Below, piece after piece: positions 20,652-21,385 of a DNA stretch of 21,385 nucleotides. Position 1 is the first letter of the stretch. Each line of letters opens with the position of its first letter. The notes under the pieces are model-generated. The model saw only the letters and a program-made list of their open reading frames with translations. It made no database searches and was not told the DNA's origin. Origin of the DNA: Octopus sinensis (taxonomy: Eukaryota); NCBI RefSeq assembly GCF_006345805.1, contig NW_021824050.1:1-21385 (forward strand), written 5' to 3'. A program made the translations under genes and the position numbers.

Positions 20652-20891
20652 AAATGCACCCTTCTAAAGCCTAGCCAGGCTCATGGGCCCGGTTTCCCGG
20701 TTTCTATGGTGTATGTGTTCCCCAGCTGGACAGGACGCCAGTCCATGGAAATTTTGCCAGCTGAGTGGACTGGAGCAACGTGAAAATGAAGTGCTTTGCT
20801 CAAGAACACAACGCGTCACCCGGTCCAGGAATCGAAACCATAATCTTAGGATCATGATTCTGACACCCTAACCACTAAGCCACGCGCCTCC
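20652..20891 (-). mobile_element. tRNA-derived SINE type B, full length
   Basis: Minus-strand head GGAGGCGCGTGGCTTAGTGGTTAGGGTG (A box 20872-20882), B box GTTTCGATTCC (20828-20838), body TGTGTTCTTGAGCAAAGCACTTC, and tail CCCATGAGCCTGGCTAGGCTTTAGAAGGGTGCATTT. Confidence 0.9.
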
Positions 20892-21385
20892 ACGTTGTTT
20901 ATACAACTGTTGATAAATAAATATGTTTTCCTCTGGATTGTTCTAGAACGAATCATAATAATGACACGTGGATAATTTAACTAGTTTGCCCGTTATCTCG
21001 TTCGAGAAGCAAATACATAGATAAATAAAAAAAAAAGAAATAGAGAGAAAAAAGATAAAAAGAAACCTTGTGCGTGTCATCACACACATAAACATACATT
21101 TTTATCCGAAAAGTATGGTATTAAATATCCATCATGGCTGATCTTACTAATCGGTTTCGTGTAAAGAATAGAATGGAGTGTTAGGTAACAATCCGATTAA
21201 TAAATCGTATAGTATACACCTAGTAGCACGTTTGCTTTCAGTGTTTATTGGGTATTTGAATTATGAGAGACGGATGATGGAAGATACAAGAATGTTTATT
21301 AATCACTACAATATTTATCAATCACCCATCTAACATCGATCCCTCACGATGGGCTACTTCACAACTGGTTAAGGAGTATCCGACG

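Overview
AT-rich, microsatellite-dense eukaryotic genomic DNA with no recognisable multi-exon host gene. The SINE sequences and repeat landscape look like a coleoid cephalopod, probably Octopus; this is inference from recalled repeat sequences, not a database hit. The window is mostly mobile-element debris: about ten copies or fragments of three tRNA-headed SINE types (labelled A, B and C here), a complete-looking non-autonomous Helitron (3597-4202), a Helitron-like 5' fragment, a 5'-truncated Tx1/L1-clade LINE with an uninterrupted 449-codon ORF2 remnant (15709-17058), a 40-codon restriction-like-endonuclease LINE fragment, and many simple repeats. The most notable items are: (1) a type I hammerhead ribozyme motif at 754-857 with an intact catalytic core and a long stem II; (2) two (TATC)25/(GATA)25 arrays of identical length in inverted orientation around the LINE; (3) a 131-nt internal LINE fragment inserted into one copy of a local 59-bp duplication; (4) a SINE/LINE-like chimera near 17990; (5) one good candidate exon at 10721-10813. 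Nearly all other ORFs in the track are translations of microsatellites.
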